In this document: piece after piece, positions 26,488 to 35,685 of the stretch
Layout of the letters: each line of letters opens with the position of its first letter
Numbering within the stretch: position 1 is the first letter of the stretch
DNA from: Candidatus Giovannonibacteria bacterium
GTDB taxonomy: Bacteria > Patescibacteriota > Minisyncoccia > JACPKW01 > UBA11713
Reading direction: 5' to 3'
Length of the DNA stretch: 62,414 bases
NCBI GenBank assembly: GCA_016176285.1
Contig: JACOXM010000003.1
Span: forward strand, 1-62,414
Notes under the pieces: generated by a model
What the model saw: the letters and a program-made list of their open reading frames with translations, nothing else
Databases searched by the model: none
What the model was told of the DNA's origin: nothing
Translations under genes and position numbers: made by a program

Positions 26488-27868
26488 ATTGGGCCCAGGC
26501 AGGCAGTCTGGGCAAGCATTTATGATAATGATCTTGCTCGTAATTTTTTCGATGCTTGTTTTGATTTCAATCGCTTCCGCGGCGGCGCTAAGAGAGGCAA
26601 GAATTTCGGAGCTGGATTATAAATCAACCCGTTCATTTTTTCTTTCGGAATCGGGAATAGAAGATGCGGTATATCGCGCAAACACGGGAAAATTTTTAGC
26701 TCCTTCGTATTCACTGTCTCTTTATGGGGCAAGTACCGCTATAAATGTTATAAATGTTCCGGGAGGCAAGGAAATTACAAGCTATTCAAATTTCGGAAAT
26801 GCGCATAGAACGATTAAAGCTACGCTTGCACAAGGCTCCGGCGTAGGTTTTGCATATGCGGTGCAGGTAGGGGAAGGAGGAATAGAGCTTGAAAATTCTT
26901 CAAAAATTATCGGGAGTGTTTATTCAAATGGAAATATTTCCGGAAAAAATACTGCGGAAATAACTTTAGACGCATTTGCCGCATCCAGCTCCTCAGTAAC
27001 CGGCACAAATAGTTTCCTGATAAGCGGCAACGCCCGAGGCCATAGCATATCGGGGCTTACTGTCGGGAAAAGCGCAACTTCCACAACTTCAATTTCAAAT
27101 AGCACAATCGGACAAAATGCTTATGCAAATAATATCACATCAAGCACGATTACGAGGGACGCTTACTATAGTACATCCATTTCCGGAAGTTCTGTCGGCG
27201 GCTCTTCGTTCCCAGGAACTCCCGCGCCCGCAGATCTGCCGAAAATTAATCTCCCTATTTCCGATGCGCAAATAAGCGATTGGGAGGCGCAGGCTTTGTC
27301 AGGAGGCGTACACAGCTCGCCATGTCCATATGTTTTATCTGGCGGAACAACAAATCTTGGCCCGATTAAAATCAATTGCGACTTCACGATTACCGGGGAT
27401 GCCATTGTCGTTATGCACGGAACAATTTGGGTAGCTGGAAATTTTAATATGAGCAATACATCGCAACTAAAGCTAGATTCTTCTTACGGTTCCTTATCGG
27501 ACGCATTAATAGTAGATAATCCATCTAATCGCCTAACTTCGAGTAAAATTATTATTTCAAATAGCGCCAAAGTGCTGGGATCAGGCACGGCGGGAAGCTA
27601 TATCGCGCTAATTTCCCAAAATAATTCCGCAGAGTCCGGAGGAGGGGAAATTGCCATATTGCCAAAAAATACTGTGGACGCGTCCATTTATTATGCTCCC
27701 CACGGAAAAATGGAAATTAATAATTCCACCAGCCTAAAAGAAGCGAGCGCTTATGAGATAGAAATAAAAAATAGCGCTACGGTAACGTATGAGAGCGGAC
27801 TCGCGTCAGTTATGATCTCCGGCCCGACAGGTGGGTATGATATAACAGGCTGGCTAGAAGTACCTTGA
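26438..27868 (+). CDS. Large pilus-associated protein (PilX-like N-terminus, Ser/Thr/Gly/Asn-rich repetitive body)
   Basis: 476-aa ORF with a hydrophobic N-terminus GQAFMIMILLVIFSMLVLISIASAAAL and short degenerate repeats suggesting a beta-helix-like fold. The start is uncertain because it overlaps the upstream gene. Confidence 0.5.
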   Translation: MIQKIFMVQRSYVQNTELGPGRQSGQAFMIMILLVIFSMLVLISIASAAALREARISELDYKSTRSFFLSESGIEDAVYRANTGKFLAPSYSLSLYGASTAINVINVPGGKEITSYSNFGNAHRTIKATLAQGSGVGFAYAVQVGEGGIELENSSKIIGSVYSNGNISGKNTAEITLDAFAASSSSVTGTNSFLISGNARGHSISGLTVGKSATSTTSISNSTIGQNAYANNITSSTITRDAYYSTSISGSSVGGSSFPGTPAPADLPKINLPISDAQISDWEAQALSGGVHSSPCPYVLSGGTTNLGPIKINCDFTITGDAIVVMHGTIWVAGNFNMSNTSQLKLDSSYGSLSDALIVDNPSNRLTSSKIIISNSAKVLGSGTAGSYIALISQNNSAESGGGEIAILPKNTVDASIYYAPHGKMEINNSTSLKEASAYEIEIKNSATVTYESGLASVMISGPTGGYDITGWLEVP

Positions 27869-27893
27869 AATTTCTTATACTCTTAAATTAGGC

Positions 27894-28982
27894 ATGGTAC
27901 TACCAAATCTTTCAAAAATTTTTCCACTCCCTGAATATGTCGAATCGTTATCGATGGGCCTTGATATATCGGACCGCTCTTTGAAATTCGTGGAACTCAA
28001 GGGAAGAAAAAAACATTTGGAGCTTGGAATGTTTGGATCGAGGGTTTTGCCGGAGGGATTGGTGGTCTCGGGCGAGATAAAAAATAAGCCAGGCCTTATA
28101 GATTTTTTAAAAAAAGATTTTGCGGAATTTTTCGGCAAAGAAGTTTCGCTTTCTCTTCCGGAAGAGAAAGCGCTTGTTGGGCTGGTTACGCTTCCCGTTA
28201 TGCCGCTTTCGAATATACGGGAAACTCTCGAATTGCAATTAGACGAGCACATTCCTCTTTCTCCATCGGAAACAATTTTTGATTTTGAATTGCTGCGTCC
28301 GGCGGTTAAGGACCATTTGGATGTGGTTTTAGCGGCCTTTCCCAGAAAATTAGTTGAAGATTACAGAGATGTCCTTGTTGCCTCCGGCCTAAAGCCCCGG
28401 GTTTTTGAAATGGAAACGCAAGCCCTAGTCCGGTCAATTTTGCCCGAAAATGAAAAGGATACGGTAATGATTATAGATTTTGGGCGCACGCGCACAAGCT
28501 TTGCCATAGTTACGGATGGAATTATTAGATTCACGTCCACGGTCGTGCTTGCGGGCGAGTCTATAAACCAGATATTGGCTAAAGTTTTTAATATAGATGT
28601 GTATGGGGCCGAACGAATAAAAAAGGAAAATGGATTTGTGCGTACGAAAGAAAACCAGGAGGTGTTCAACTCTATTTTGCCGATAATTTCCGCTATCCGC
28701 GATGAAATTTCCCGCCACCTGCTTTACTGGCAAAACCATGCGAGTCACGTTCATTATCCAAATCCCGAAGTTTCGAAAATTTATCTTTGCGGAGGAGATT
28801 CCAACTTAACCGGGTTAACGGAATACTTTTCATATGAATTGAAAATTCCGGTATTACTCGCGAACCCCTGGGTAAATATAACTTCATTCGACGATTACAT
28901 ACCCGAAATAACTTTAACGGAATCGCTAACTTACGCGACTGCATTGGGCTTGGCCCTGCGCTCTGCTAAACACAATGATTAA
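27894..28982 (+). CDS. pilM: Type IV pilus assembly protein PilM (actin-like ATPase fold)
   Basis: 362-aa ORF with GLDISDRSLKFVEL and IIDFGRTRTSF phosphate-binding-like motifs. An alternative start is at the internal MGLDIS. Confidence 0.7.
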   Translation: MVLPNLSKIFPLPEYVESLSMGLDISDRSLKFVELKGRKKHLELGMFGSRVLPEGLVVSGEIKNKPGLIDFLKKDFAEFFGKEVSLSLPEEKALVGLVTLPVMPLSNIRETLELQLDEHIPLSPSETIFDFELLRPAVKDHLDVVLAAFPRKLVEDYRDVLVASGLKPRVFEMETQALVRSILPENEKDTVMIIDFGRTRTSFAIVTDGIIRFTSTVVLAGESINQILAKVFNIDVYGAERIKKENGFVRTKENQEVFNSILPIISAIRDEISRHLLYWQNHASHVHYPNPEVSKIYLCGGDSNLTGLTEYFSYELKIPVLLANPWVNITSFDDYIPEITLTESLTYATALGLALRSAKHND

Positions 28983-29517
28983 CCTTCTTCCGTACGACGA
29001 AAAAAAGAAAATGGAACAGGAGCGTTTGCTGCGTTTTTTGATTGTTGCCTCCCTCTCTTTAAGCTCAGTTTTGTTTTTGGGGATTGTACTAATGTCCCCT
29101 TCTTATTTTAATCTTCGCCAGCAGAAAATTGACTTAGAAAAAGAGGAAGAAATAATGCGAAAAAATGCTCCGGCCGAAACTATGGATCAAGTTAATACGG
29201 AAATTAAAAAAAATCTCGGGAGAGTAAAACTTATTGAATTTTCTAGTGGGAGCGGAGATATTTATGAAATACTAGAGAAAATACTAGATTCAAGGTCGCA
29301 CGGAATAAGCCTCATAAAAGTTTCTTTTGATAAAGGAGATGCCGAAGTGAGGGGAAAAATTATTATTGGGGGAAGGGCAAATGCGCGGGACGACCTTCTT
29401 TTGTTTACAAAAAACCTCGAGGAGCTTGGAATTTTCAACAAAATCGACTCGCCCATATCAAATATATTAAGGAAAAAGGATATAGATTTTTCCCTGACTC
29501 TCGATTTAATCAAATGA
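28975..29517 (+). CDS. pilN: PilN-like pilus assembly protein
   Basis: MINLLPYDEKKK N-terminus plus a single TM. Gene order pilM-pilN. Confidence 0.6.
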   Translation: MINLLPYDEKKKMEQERLLRFLIVASLSLSSVLFLGIVLMSPSYFNLRQQKIDLEKEEEIMRKNAPAETMDQVNTEIKKNLGRVKLIEFSSGSGDIYEILEKILDSRSHGISLIKVSFDKGDAEVRGKIIIGGRANARDDLLLFTKNLEELGIFNKIDSPISNILRKKDIDFSLTLDLIK

Positions 29518-30023
29518 AATTAAATTCAAAAATTTTGTTTTTACTTTCGGTTGTGCTCTGTTTATCTATGTTTTTTTTCGGATGGTTTTTGTTTAATAAG
29601 ATTGCTTATCTGGATAAGTCGATAGCCGAGACAAATGATAAAATTTTTAACTTCCGCGCTGAACTAATAAATTTGAAGTCTTGGGAACGCTTCTTGGACG
29701 AAACGGGTAACGAAAGAAAAATTTTAAGCTCGGCATTTGTTAATGAAAAAAGCTTAGTGCATTTTATAGAAGATTTGGAAAAGAGCGGCAGGGAGAATGG
29801 AGTGGAGGTAGAAGTTCATGCGGTTAATTTGGCCGAGGGCCAAAATGAACCGCCTTCTTTTCGGCTCGAGTCTGCGGGGAATTTTTCTTCGGTTTATAAA
29901 TATTTAATTTCCCTTGAAACTCTTCCGTATGAAATTGTTTTCAGGCGGGTTTTTTGGGATGCTGAAAGCGAAGGCAAGTGGAGGGGAGTTTATGAAATCA
30001 ATCTGGTGAGTTATGAATATTAA
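29514..30023 (+). CDS. PilO-like pilus assembly protein (by position and topology)
   Basis: 169-aa ORF with a single N-terminal TM then a coiled-coil. It follows pilN with a 4-nt overlap. Confidence 0.4.
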   Translation: MKLNSKILFLLSVVLCLSMFFFGWFLFNKIAYLDKSIAETNDKIFNFRAELINLKSWERFLDETGNERKILSSAFVNEKSLVHFIEDLEKSGRENGVEVEVHAVNLAEGQNEPPSFRLESAGNFSSVYKYLISLETLPYEIVFRRVFWDAESEGKWRGVYEINLVSYEY

Positions 30024-30324
30024 ATTCCTCAAATTTAATATTTCTTTTTCGGGATGGGTTAAGGTGCTTATTTCAGATGTGAGAAAATTATGGAATAGTT
30101 TTCTCTGGTTTTTGTTCCTTTTTTCCCTCGTAATTTTGGCTTTTGACGCGTACATCTCTTTTAATTATTTAGGAAATGGCGACATTAATAACGCATCCGA
30201 AGAGAATCGCATATTGAAAAAACAGGATCTAAGAAGAGCGGTTGAAAGGATTAACGAGAAAAAATTCCGGCTTGAAAATTACGTTAGAGAATTAAATATT
30301 GAAGATCCATCGAAATTCCGGTAA
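30013..30324 (+). CDS. Small membrane protein, last gene of the pilus cluster
   Basis: 103-aa ORF with one TM (FLWFLFLFSLVILAFDAYI). Confidence 0.4.
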   Translation: MNIKFLKFNISFSGWVKVLISDVRKLWNSFLWFLFLFSLVILAFDAYISFNYLGNGDINNASEENRILKKQDLRRAVERINEKKFRLENYVRELNIEDPSKFR

Positions 30325-30336
30325 TATAATTCCTAC

Positions 30337-30408
30337 GCCCCCGTAGTTCAATGGATAGAATAGCTCCCTTCTAAGGAGTAGATCGAGGTTCGATTCCTCG
30401 CGAGGGCA
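30337..30408 (+). tRNA. tRNA-Arg (anticodon TCT)
   Basis: Acceptor GCCCCCG/CGAGGGC (one C:A mismatch at 5:68), anticodon stem GCTCC/GGAGT with loop CTTCTAA, T arm CGAGG-TTCGATT-CCTCG. Confidence 0.8.
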
Positions 30409-30418
30409 CCCCAGAGTT

Positions 30419-30490
30419 GCGCGCTTAGCTCAGTGGCAGAGCGACCCGTTTACACCGGGTAGGTCCGAGGTTCAATCCCTCGAGCGCGCA
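30419..30490 (+). tRNA. tRNA-Val (anticodon TAC)
   Basis: Acceptor GCGCGCT/AGCGCGC, anticodon stem ACCCG/CGGGT with loop TTTACAC, T loop TTCAATC. Confidence 0.85.
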
Positions 30491-30491
30491 C

Positions 30492-31550
30492 ATGAAAAAT
30501 ATTATTAAAATTTTCTTGATATTGATTATTTTAGCGGCGCTTTTTTTTGCTGCAAAGCCGTATTTTTTAAAAAAGGATGCGGCGAATAACACAAATAATA
30601 ACAATCAAAGAGAAACCGGCGTTAGGCTCGAGTGGAAGGAGCTTACAAATTCCGCTGCGTGGAAGCCAAGAGATTCTCACGCGACTTTTGTTTTTCGGGA
30701 TAAGATATGGGTGGTTGGCGGGCTAAACGGGAATGGGCTTGTAAATGAGAATCACCAGATAAGGTATGACCGAGCGCCGCATTATAACGATGTATGGAAT
30801 TCCGAAGACGGAGTCAATTGGACAAAAGTATCGGAAGAAATTTGGCCGCCCCGAAGATCAATGTCCGTAGTATTTTTTAAAAATAAACTTTTTTCTTATG
30901 GCGGATGGAGCCCGATATCGGGATACTATAACAGGATTTGGTCATCCGATGACGGCATTAAATGGTCAATGCTGGACTCGAAGGTGCCCTGGGAATCTCG
31001 GGAGGGCCAAATTGTTGAAGAATATAATGGGAAGCTTTGGCTGATGGGCGGAGTCAATTACGATAAAAGAAAAGTTTTTAACGACGTTTGGGTTTCCGAT
31101 GACGGGGTAAGCTGGGGCCAAGCAACTGCGCAGGCAGGCTGGTCGGGAAGATGGGATCACGCGGTCGCGGTTTTTAAAGGAAAAATATATCTAACCGCGG
31201 GAATGGATTTATCTTCCCATACTTTTAAGGATGTCTGGTCTTCGGAGGATGGTATAAATTGGAATATGGTTACGGACAATGCTCCTTGGCCGGAACGGCA
31301 GGGGCATAGCCTTGTAGATTTTAAGGGGAAATTAATTTTGCTTGGGCGGCTTAATGACGAGGGCGGAGTTAATGACGCTTGGTATTCTGATGATGGGATG
31401 AATTGGACATCTTTCGGAAATCTTCCCTGGGATGGGAGAGAAGACTCCGGAGCAATAGTTTTTAAAGATAAAATATTTATCGCGGGCGGAATGGCGAGGG
31501 ACTGGACGTGGCGAAATGATGTCTGGTCGGCGGATTTGAACTCGGATTAG
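30492..31550 (+). CDS. Kelch-repeat (beta-propeller) protein with an N-terminal membrane anchor
   Basis: 352-aa ORF with repeated W.S.DG..W / GG units about every 50 aa. It starts 1 nt after tRNA-Val. Confidence 0.65.
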   Translation: MKNIIKIFLILIILAALFFAAKPYFLKKDAANNTNNNNQRETGVRLEWKELTNSAAWKPRDSHATFVFRDKIWVVGGLNGNGLVNENHQIRYDRAPHYNDVWNSEDGVNWTKVSEEIWPPRRSMSVVFFKNKLFSYGGWSPISGYYNRIWSSDDGIKWSMLDSKVPWESREGQIVEEYNGKLWLMGGVNYDKRKVFNDVWVSDDGVSWGQATAQAGWSGRWDHAVAVFKGKIYLTAGMDLSSHTFKDVWSSEDGINWNMVTDNAPWPERQGHSLVDFKGKLILLGRLNDEGGVNDAWYSDDGMNWTSFGNLPWDGREDSGAIVFKDKIFIAGGMARDWTWRNDVWSADLNSD

Positions 31551-31921
31551 AATTCAAGCTTACGGCCCTTGTAGTTCAGGGCTTCTGCAAGAAATTTTTT
31601 CCCGTCTTTTGTGCTGTGCTCAATTGTATGACAATTAGCACATAATAAAATACATTTTTGCATTTCTGCTTTAATTGAACCCCAGCTTTTATTTGCAACA
31701 TTCCCGATAGTAAAATCCTTTTCAGTAGGAACTTTGTGGTGAAATTGCAAGGCTGCTTGATTCCCAAACCATCCGCATTTAATACATTTCCCCCCTAAAA
31801 ATTTAATAGCTGCTGCTTTTGCTCTAAACCGTCGTATTTTTGTATTACAAGATCCGCATCTTTTTCTGTTCTTTTTTTGATAATCCTTAAATTGATTTTG
31901 ACAAAGTCTGCATGTCTGCAT
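31547..31921 (-). CDS. HNH endonuclease / zinc-ribbon protein
   Basis: 124-aa ORF with several CxxC pairs, HH in LQFHHKVP and CANCHTIEH. Confidence 0.7.
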   Translation of the reverse strand: MQTCRLCQNQFKDYQKKNRKRCGSCNTKIRRFRAKAAAIKFLGGKCIKCGWFGNQAALQFHHKVPTEKDFTIGNVANKSWGSIKAEMQKCILLCANCHTIEHSTKDGKKFLAEALNYKGRKLEF

Positions 31922-32010
31922 AATTTAAGTATATCATTCTGGGTTCTACCAAAATGTGTACAATTGCAAAAAAATTTATTTTTAGTACCCTGAATAGATA
32001 ATTAAGAAAT

Positions 32011-32292
32011 GCCGCGGTAGCTCAGTGGTAGAGCGCTACCCTGAAAAAATTCGGGGCCTTCTGCAGTAATGCAGATTGAATAACTGGGTGAAATCGGGGG
32101 AACTCTTTTTAAAGACAATCCCGAGCCAAGGTCGCCTAAGGCGACAAGGTGTAGAGACTATCTCGCAAGAGAGTACTCCTCAATTTTATTGAGGCGGAAG
32201 CGCCCAGGATCCAAAAATATTTTGGATCATGATATAGTCCAAGTTACCTTTGGAAGAGGTAGGCGTCGGGTGTTCGATTCACCCCCGCGGCA
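32011..32292 (+). tRNA. tRNA-Phe (anticodon GAA) interrupted by a group I intron after U33
   Basis: Exon 1 (32011-32042): GCCGCGG-TA-GCTC-AGTGGTA-GAGC-G-CTACC-CT. Exon 2 (32253-32292): GAAGA-GGTAG-GCGTC-GGGTG-TTCGATT-CACCC-CCGCGGC-A. The joined loop is CUGAAGA. Confidence 0.85.
32043..32252 (+). ncRNA. Group I intron (IC3-like, ORF-less, 210 nt)
   Basis: Exon 1 ends in U and the intron ends in G. P1 is CCCU / GGGG around a GAAAAAAUUC loop. Blocks CCGAGCCAAG and AAGGUGUAGAGACUA match my recollection of the Azoarcus tRNA-Ile intron core. GNRA-capped hairpins CTGCA-GTAA-TGCAG and TCTC-GCAA-GAGA are present. Confidence 0.85.
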
Positions 32293-32311
32293 CATTTCTA
32301 GGAGCTACAAC

Positions 32312-32785
32312 TTATTCCATTTTTACCTTGAGTCTCTGGGTTTTTGATTTGTCGAGTTTTGGTAGGCGGATTGTTATAAGGCCGTTTTTGATCGTTGCCT
32401 GCGCGGCATCGGAATCAACTTCCTGGGGTAGGAGAATGGATCTCGAAAACGAACCCCAGTAAAGCTCTTTATAAAAAAAGTCTTTTTCTGAAACTTCATG
32501 CACCCGTTGGCGCTTCCCTTTAATGGTGACCATGTCTTGGGTTATAGAAACGTCCAAATCGTCCGGCTTTACTCCGGCAACTGTGGATTGAATGATTATT
32601 TCATCCTCATTTTGAAAAACGTCGACTGTTAATTCGCCTTCTTCGTTTGTCTCGATCCAGCTGGATGATTGCGGCAGTTTGGTGCTTTTAGCAAGTGCCG
32701 GGGTTGGCTCGAGATCTTCATTTTCTTTATCTACCCGGACTGATCCGGTAAGTTTTTCAAAAAAAGAACGGCTGTCTTTTGGCAT
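32312..32785 (-). CDS. Hsp20/alpha-crystallin family small heat-shock protein
   Basis: 157-aa ORF with an alpha-crystallin domain pattern (VDVFQNEDEIIIQSTVAGVKPDDLDVSI ... F.RSI.LP ... A...NG.L.I.LPK). Confidence 0.8.
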   Translation of the reverse strand: MPKDSRSFFEKLTGSVRVDKENEDLEPTPALAKSTKLPQSSSWIETNEEGELTVDVFQNEDEIIIQSTVAGVKPDDLDVSITQDMVTIKGKRQRVHEVSEKDFFYKELYWGSFSRSILLPQEVDSDAAQATIKNGLITIRLPKLDKSKTQRLKVKME

Positions 32786-32791
32786 AATTTT

Positions 32792-33514
32792 TTATGGATT
32801 TAATCTTTTTACTCTTTCGAAAAAGAAAATTAATACTAAAGCGAGAGTCCAGACGGCAAACATGGTCCTGAATATGCTCGCTGAACTTTCTGCATTAATT
32901 ATAAATATATTGAACGCCGTATGCAATACCGTAGCCAGTATAATCCCACCGATTATGTTTCTTCTGTGGTGTTCGGGATGGAAAAAGGTGAAAGCAATGG
33001 AAACCCCGACTATTCCTGCGGTAACGGTGTGGAGGAGCGTCGCGCCCATAAAGCGGTAGTCGGCAGTCGCAAGTATGTCAAAAAGTTTCCCGTTTTGACC
33101 CATAATTTTAAGCAAAAACAGGAAATTTTCCATCGCGGCGAACCCGAGAGCTACCGTGATGAGGTAAATTATGGCGTCCACGGGCTCGTCGTAAACCGAA
33201 CGCCTTAGGTCAGCCCACCAGGCCGCGCCGAATTTTGCAATTTCTTCCGCGAATGCCCACGGGATGAGAAGCCACCATGAATATTCATTCTGCAAATCCA
33301 CAAGGCCAAGGCTCATTGCTAAATATTTCCAAAGAGATTGTACCAGAATTACAAACGGCACTGCGGCTACGCCAAGAATGAAACTTTTAAAAAGGGCATT
33401 TTTGGGCTCGGGGTGCGGATCTTCCTTTAGCCAAAACCACAACCATAAAAGCGGAGGAATGAAGCCGGTCAAGAAAACCAACGAAACTCCTTCCGCTGTC
33501 AAGGTTGGGGCCAT
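32792..33514 (-). CDS. PrsW family intramembrane metalloprotease
   Basis: 240-aa polytopic ORF with AFAEEIAKF and HTAFN motifs. Confidence 0.7.
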   Translation of the reverse strand: MAPTLTAEGVSLVFLTGFIPPLLWLWFWLKEDPHPEPKNALFKSFILGVAAVPFVILVQSLWKYLAMSLGLVDLQNEYSWWLLIPWAFAEEIAKFGAAWWADLRRSVYDEPVDAIIYLITVALGFAAMENFLFLLKIMGQNGKLFDILATADYRFMGATLLHTVTAGIVGVSIAFTFFHPEHHRRNIIGGIILATVLHTAFNIFIINAESSASIFRTMFAVWTLALVLIFFFERVKRLNP

Positions 33515-35664
33515 GTCTCAATCATTAGCAATGTTCGGTTATTTAAATTCAATTCCTGCCAAACCCTCTCCGTAATAAAAGGCATAAATGGATGTAAAAG
33601 TTTCATCAGCGTAAAATGAAATTCTAGCAAAAGAGCTTTGGCTGTTTCCTTTTCCGCAGTGCCGTCTTCGAAAGTTAGACGTTCCTTCATCTCTTCTATT
33701 ACTTTGTCAGCGTAAAAATGCCAGAAAAAGTGATAGAGTGTTTCCGCCGCTTGGTAAAAACGGCATTGTTCCATGTGTTTGGTGACATCTTTTGAAGTAT
33801 TGGAAAGTTTTTTTAGCATTTCTTTGTCCTTACTCGCATATTTTACCTTATTTTTCTCTGGAGGCGTCTTCGTATGGGTTATCACGAACCTCGAAGCGTT
33901 CCAAATTTTATTCGCAAAATTTCTGTAGCCCCGGATTTTTTCTTCCGAAATTACGACATCGTTCCCCGGCGTATTCCCGATTATTAATGCCATGCGCACG
34001 GCATCTGTCCCGTATAATTCAGAAACTCCCAAGGGATCAATGACATTTCCTTTCGATTTTGACATTTTCTGCCTATCTTTATCGCGGACGAGGCCATGCA
34101 AGTAAATGGTTCTAAAGGGCATTTTTCCGGTTCTATATTTTCCGAGCATTACCATGCGTGCCACCCAGAAAAAAAGAATATCCCAGCCGGTTTCCATGAC
34201 ATCCGTGGGATAAAAATTTTTGAAATCTTTTGAACCGGGATATCCGAGCGCGGCGAATGGCCATTGGCCTGATGAAAACCAAGTATCAAAAACATCGCGA
34301 TCTTGTTCCCAGCCTTCTCCGGATGGGTTCTCTTTGCCTACATAGATTTCCTTTCCGCGGTACCACGCGGGGATTCTTATACCCCAGACAATTTGCCGCG
34401 AGATATTCCAATCGCGAAGATTTTTCATCCAATGCATATATATTTTTTCCATGCGGGAAGGCAGGAATTTTATTTCCCCTTTTTTAACTGTTTCAACGCC
34501 AAGATCACGAAGAGATTTTTTTGTTTTTCCGATTGGCTTAGTCATCGCGATAAACCATTGGGGGAGAATTCTTGGCTCCAGTATCGCCCCGCACTTATAG
34601 CAAGTTGCGACAGTGTGTGTGTACTCCTGGTCGATTTTTTCCATCAATCCTTCTTTTTGCATATCTTCCTCTATTAGTTTTCTCGCCTCCATGACTTTGA
34701 GCCCGTGGTATTTTTTTGCGTTTTCACGATCTATGAATGCACTTAAATCCATTCGGCCGTATTGATCGATTACGGAACGCGGTCCGGGTATTTCGTCTTT
34801 ATGTTTTTTCCATATTTCGAAGTCGTTCGGGTCGTGCGCGGGCGTTACCTTGACCACTCCCGTGCCAAATTCCGGATCAACGATTTCATCCCCAATTACT
34901 TTTATTTTTGTAGGGCCGAGTAGAGTTTTTATTTCGATTTCTTTCCCGATTAAATTTTTATATCTTTTGTCTTTTGGGTGAACGGCAACGGCCGTGTCCC
35001 CGAATTTTGTCTCAAGCCGAACAGTCGCTAAGGTTACCGGGCCATATTTGATATAGTAAAGCGGATCTTTTTTCTCGATATATTTTACTTCGACGTCAGA
35101 TAGCGTCGTCTGGTGTTTCGTGCACCAGTTTACGATACGATTATCGCGGTAGGCGAGTCCGTCATCATAAAGTTTTTTGAAAGTATCGTAGACAGTTTCG
35201 ATAATGTCGGGATTGAGCGTGAATTTTTCTCGCGACCAATCGCAGGATGCGCCCAATTTTCTTAGTTGGTTTTCCATAACTTTTTTATTTTCCTCGGTGA
35301 AATCCCACATTTCTTTCCATAATTCATCGCGCGGAATTTTGAATCTGCTCCGGCCCTCTTTTTCCAACTTTTTGTCATAGACAACTTGCGTTTCAAAACC
35401 TGCGTGATCCGCGCCGGGAAGCCAAAGCGCTTTTTTGCCGCGCATTCTTTGGTAGCGGGTCATTATATCCTGCAAAGTTACAAAAACAGCGTGTCCTATA
35501 TGGAGCGCGCCATTCGCGTTTGGGGGAGGCATTATAATAGTAAACGGCTTTGATTTTTTTGAAGATAATTTATCCGGATTAAAAAAACCGGATTCTTCCC
35601 ATTTTTTGTAAATCTCGGGCTCAACTGTTTTAGGATCGTAGGGCTTCTCAAACTCGCTTGGCAT
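33499..35664 (-). CDS. valS: Valine--tRNA ligase (short form)
   Basis: 721-aa ORF with HIGH-type PPPNANGALHIGHA, KMSKS, and CP1 editing-domain patterns. It is shorter than typical bacterial ValRS and lacks a long C-terminal coiled-coil. Confidence 0.9.
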   Translation of the reverse strand: MPSEFEKPYDPKTVEPEIYKKWEESGFFNPDKLSSKKSKPFTIIMPPPNANGALHIGHAVFVTLQDIMTRYQRMRGKKALWLPGADHAGFETQVVYDKKLEKEGRSRFKIPRDELWKEMWDFTEENKKVMENQLRKLGASCDWSREKFTLNPDIIETVYDTFKKLYDDGLAYRDNRIVNWCTKHQTTLSDVEVKYIEKKDPLYYIKYGPVTLATVRLETKFGDTAVAVHPKDKRYKNLIGKEIEIKTLLGPTKIKVIGDEIVDPEFGTGVVKVTPAHDPNDFEIWKKHKDEIPGPRSVIDQYGRMDLSAFIDRENAKKYHGLKVMEARKLIEEDMQKEGLMEKIDQEYTHTVATCYKCGAILEPRILPQWFIAMTKPIGKTKKSLRDLGVETVKKGEIKFLPSRMEKIYMHWMKNLRDWNISRQIVWGIRIPAWYRGKEIYVGKENPSGEGWEQDRDVFDTWFSSGQWPFAALGYPGSKDFKNFYPTDVMETGWDILFFWVARMVMLGKYRTGKMPFRTIYLHGLVRDKDRQKMSKSKGNVIDPLGVSELYGTDAVRMALIIGNTPGNDVVISEEKIRGYRNFANKIWNASRFVITHTKTPPEKNKVKYASKDKEMLKKLSNTSKDVTKHMEQCRFYQAAETLYHFFWHFYADKVIEEMKERLTFEDGTAEKETAKALLLEFHFTLMKLLHPFMPFITERVWQELNLNNRTLLMIETWPQP

Positions 35665-35685
35665 TTTTGAATTATGCCAATTTTT

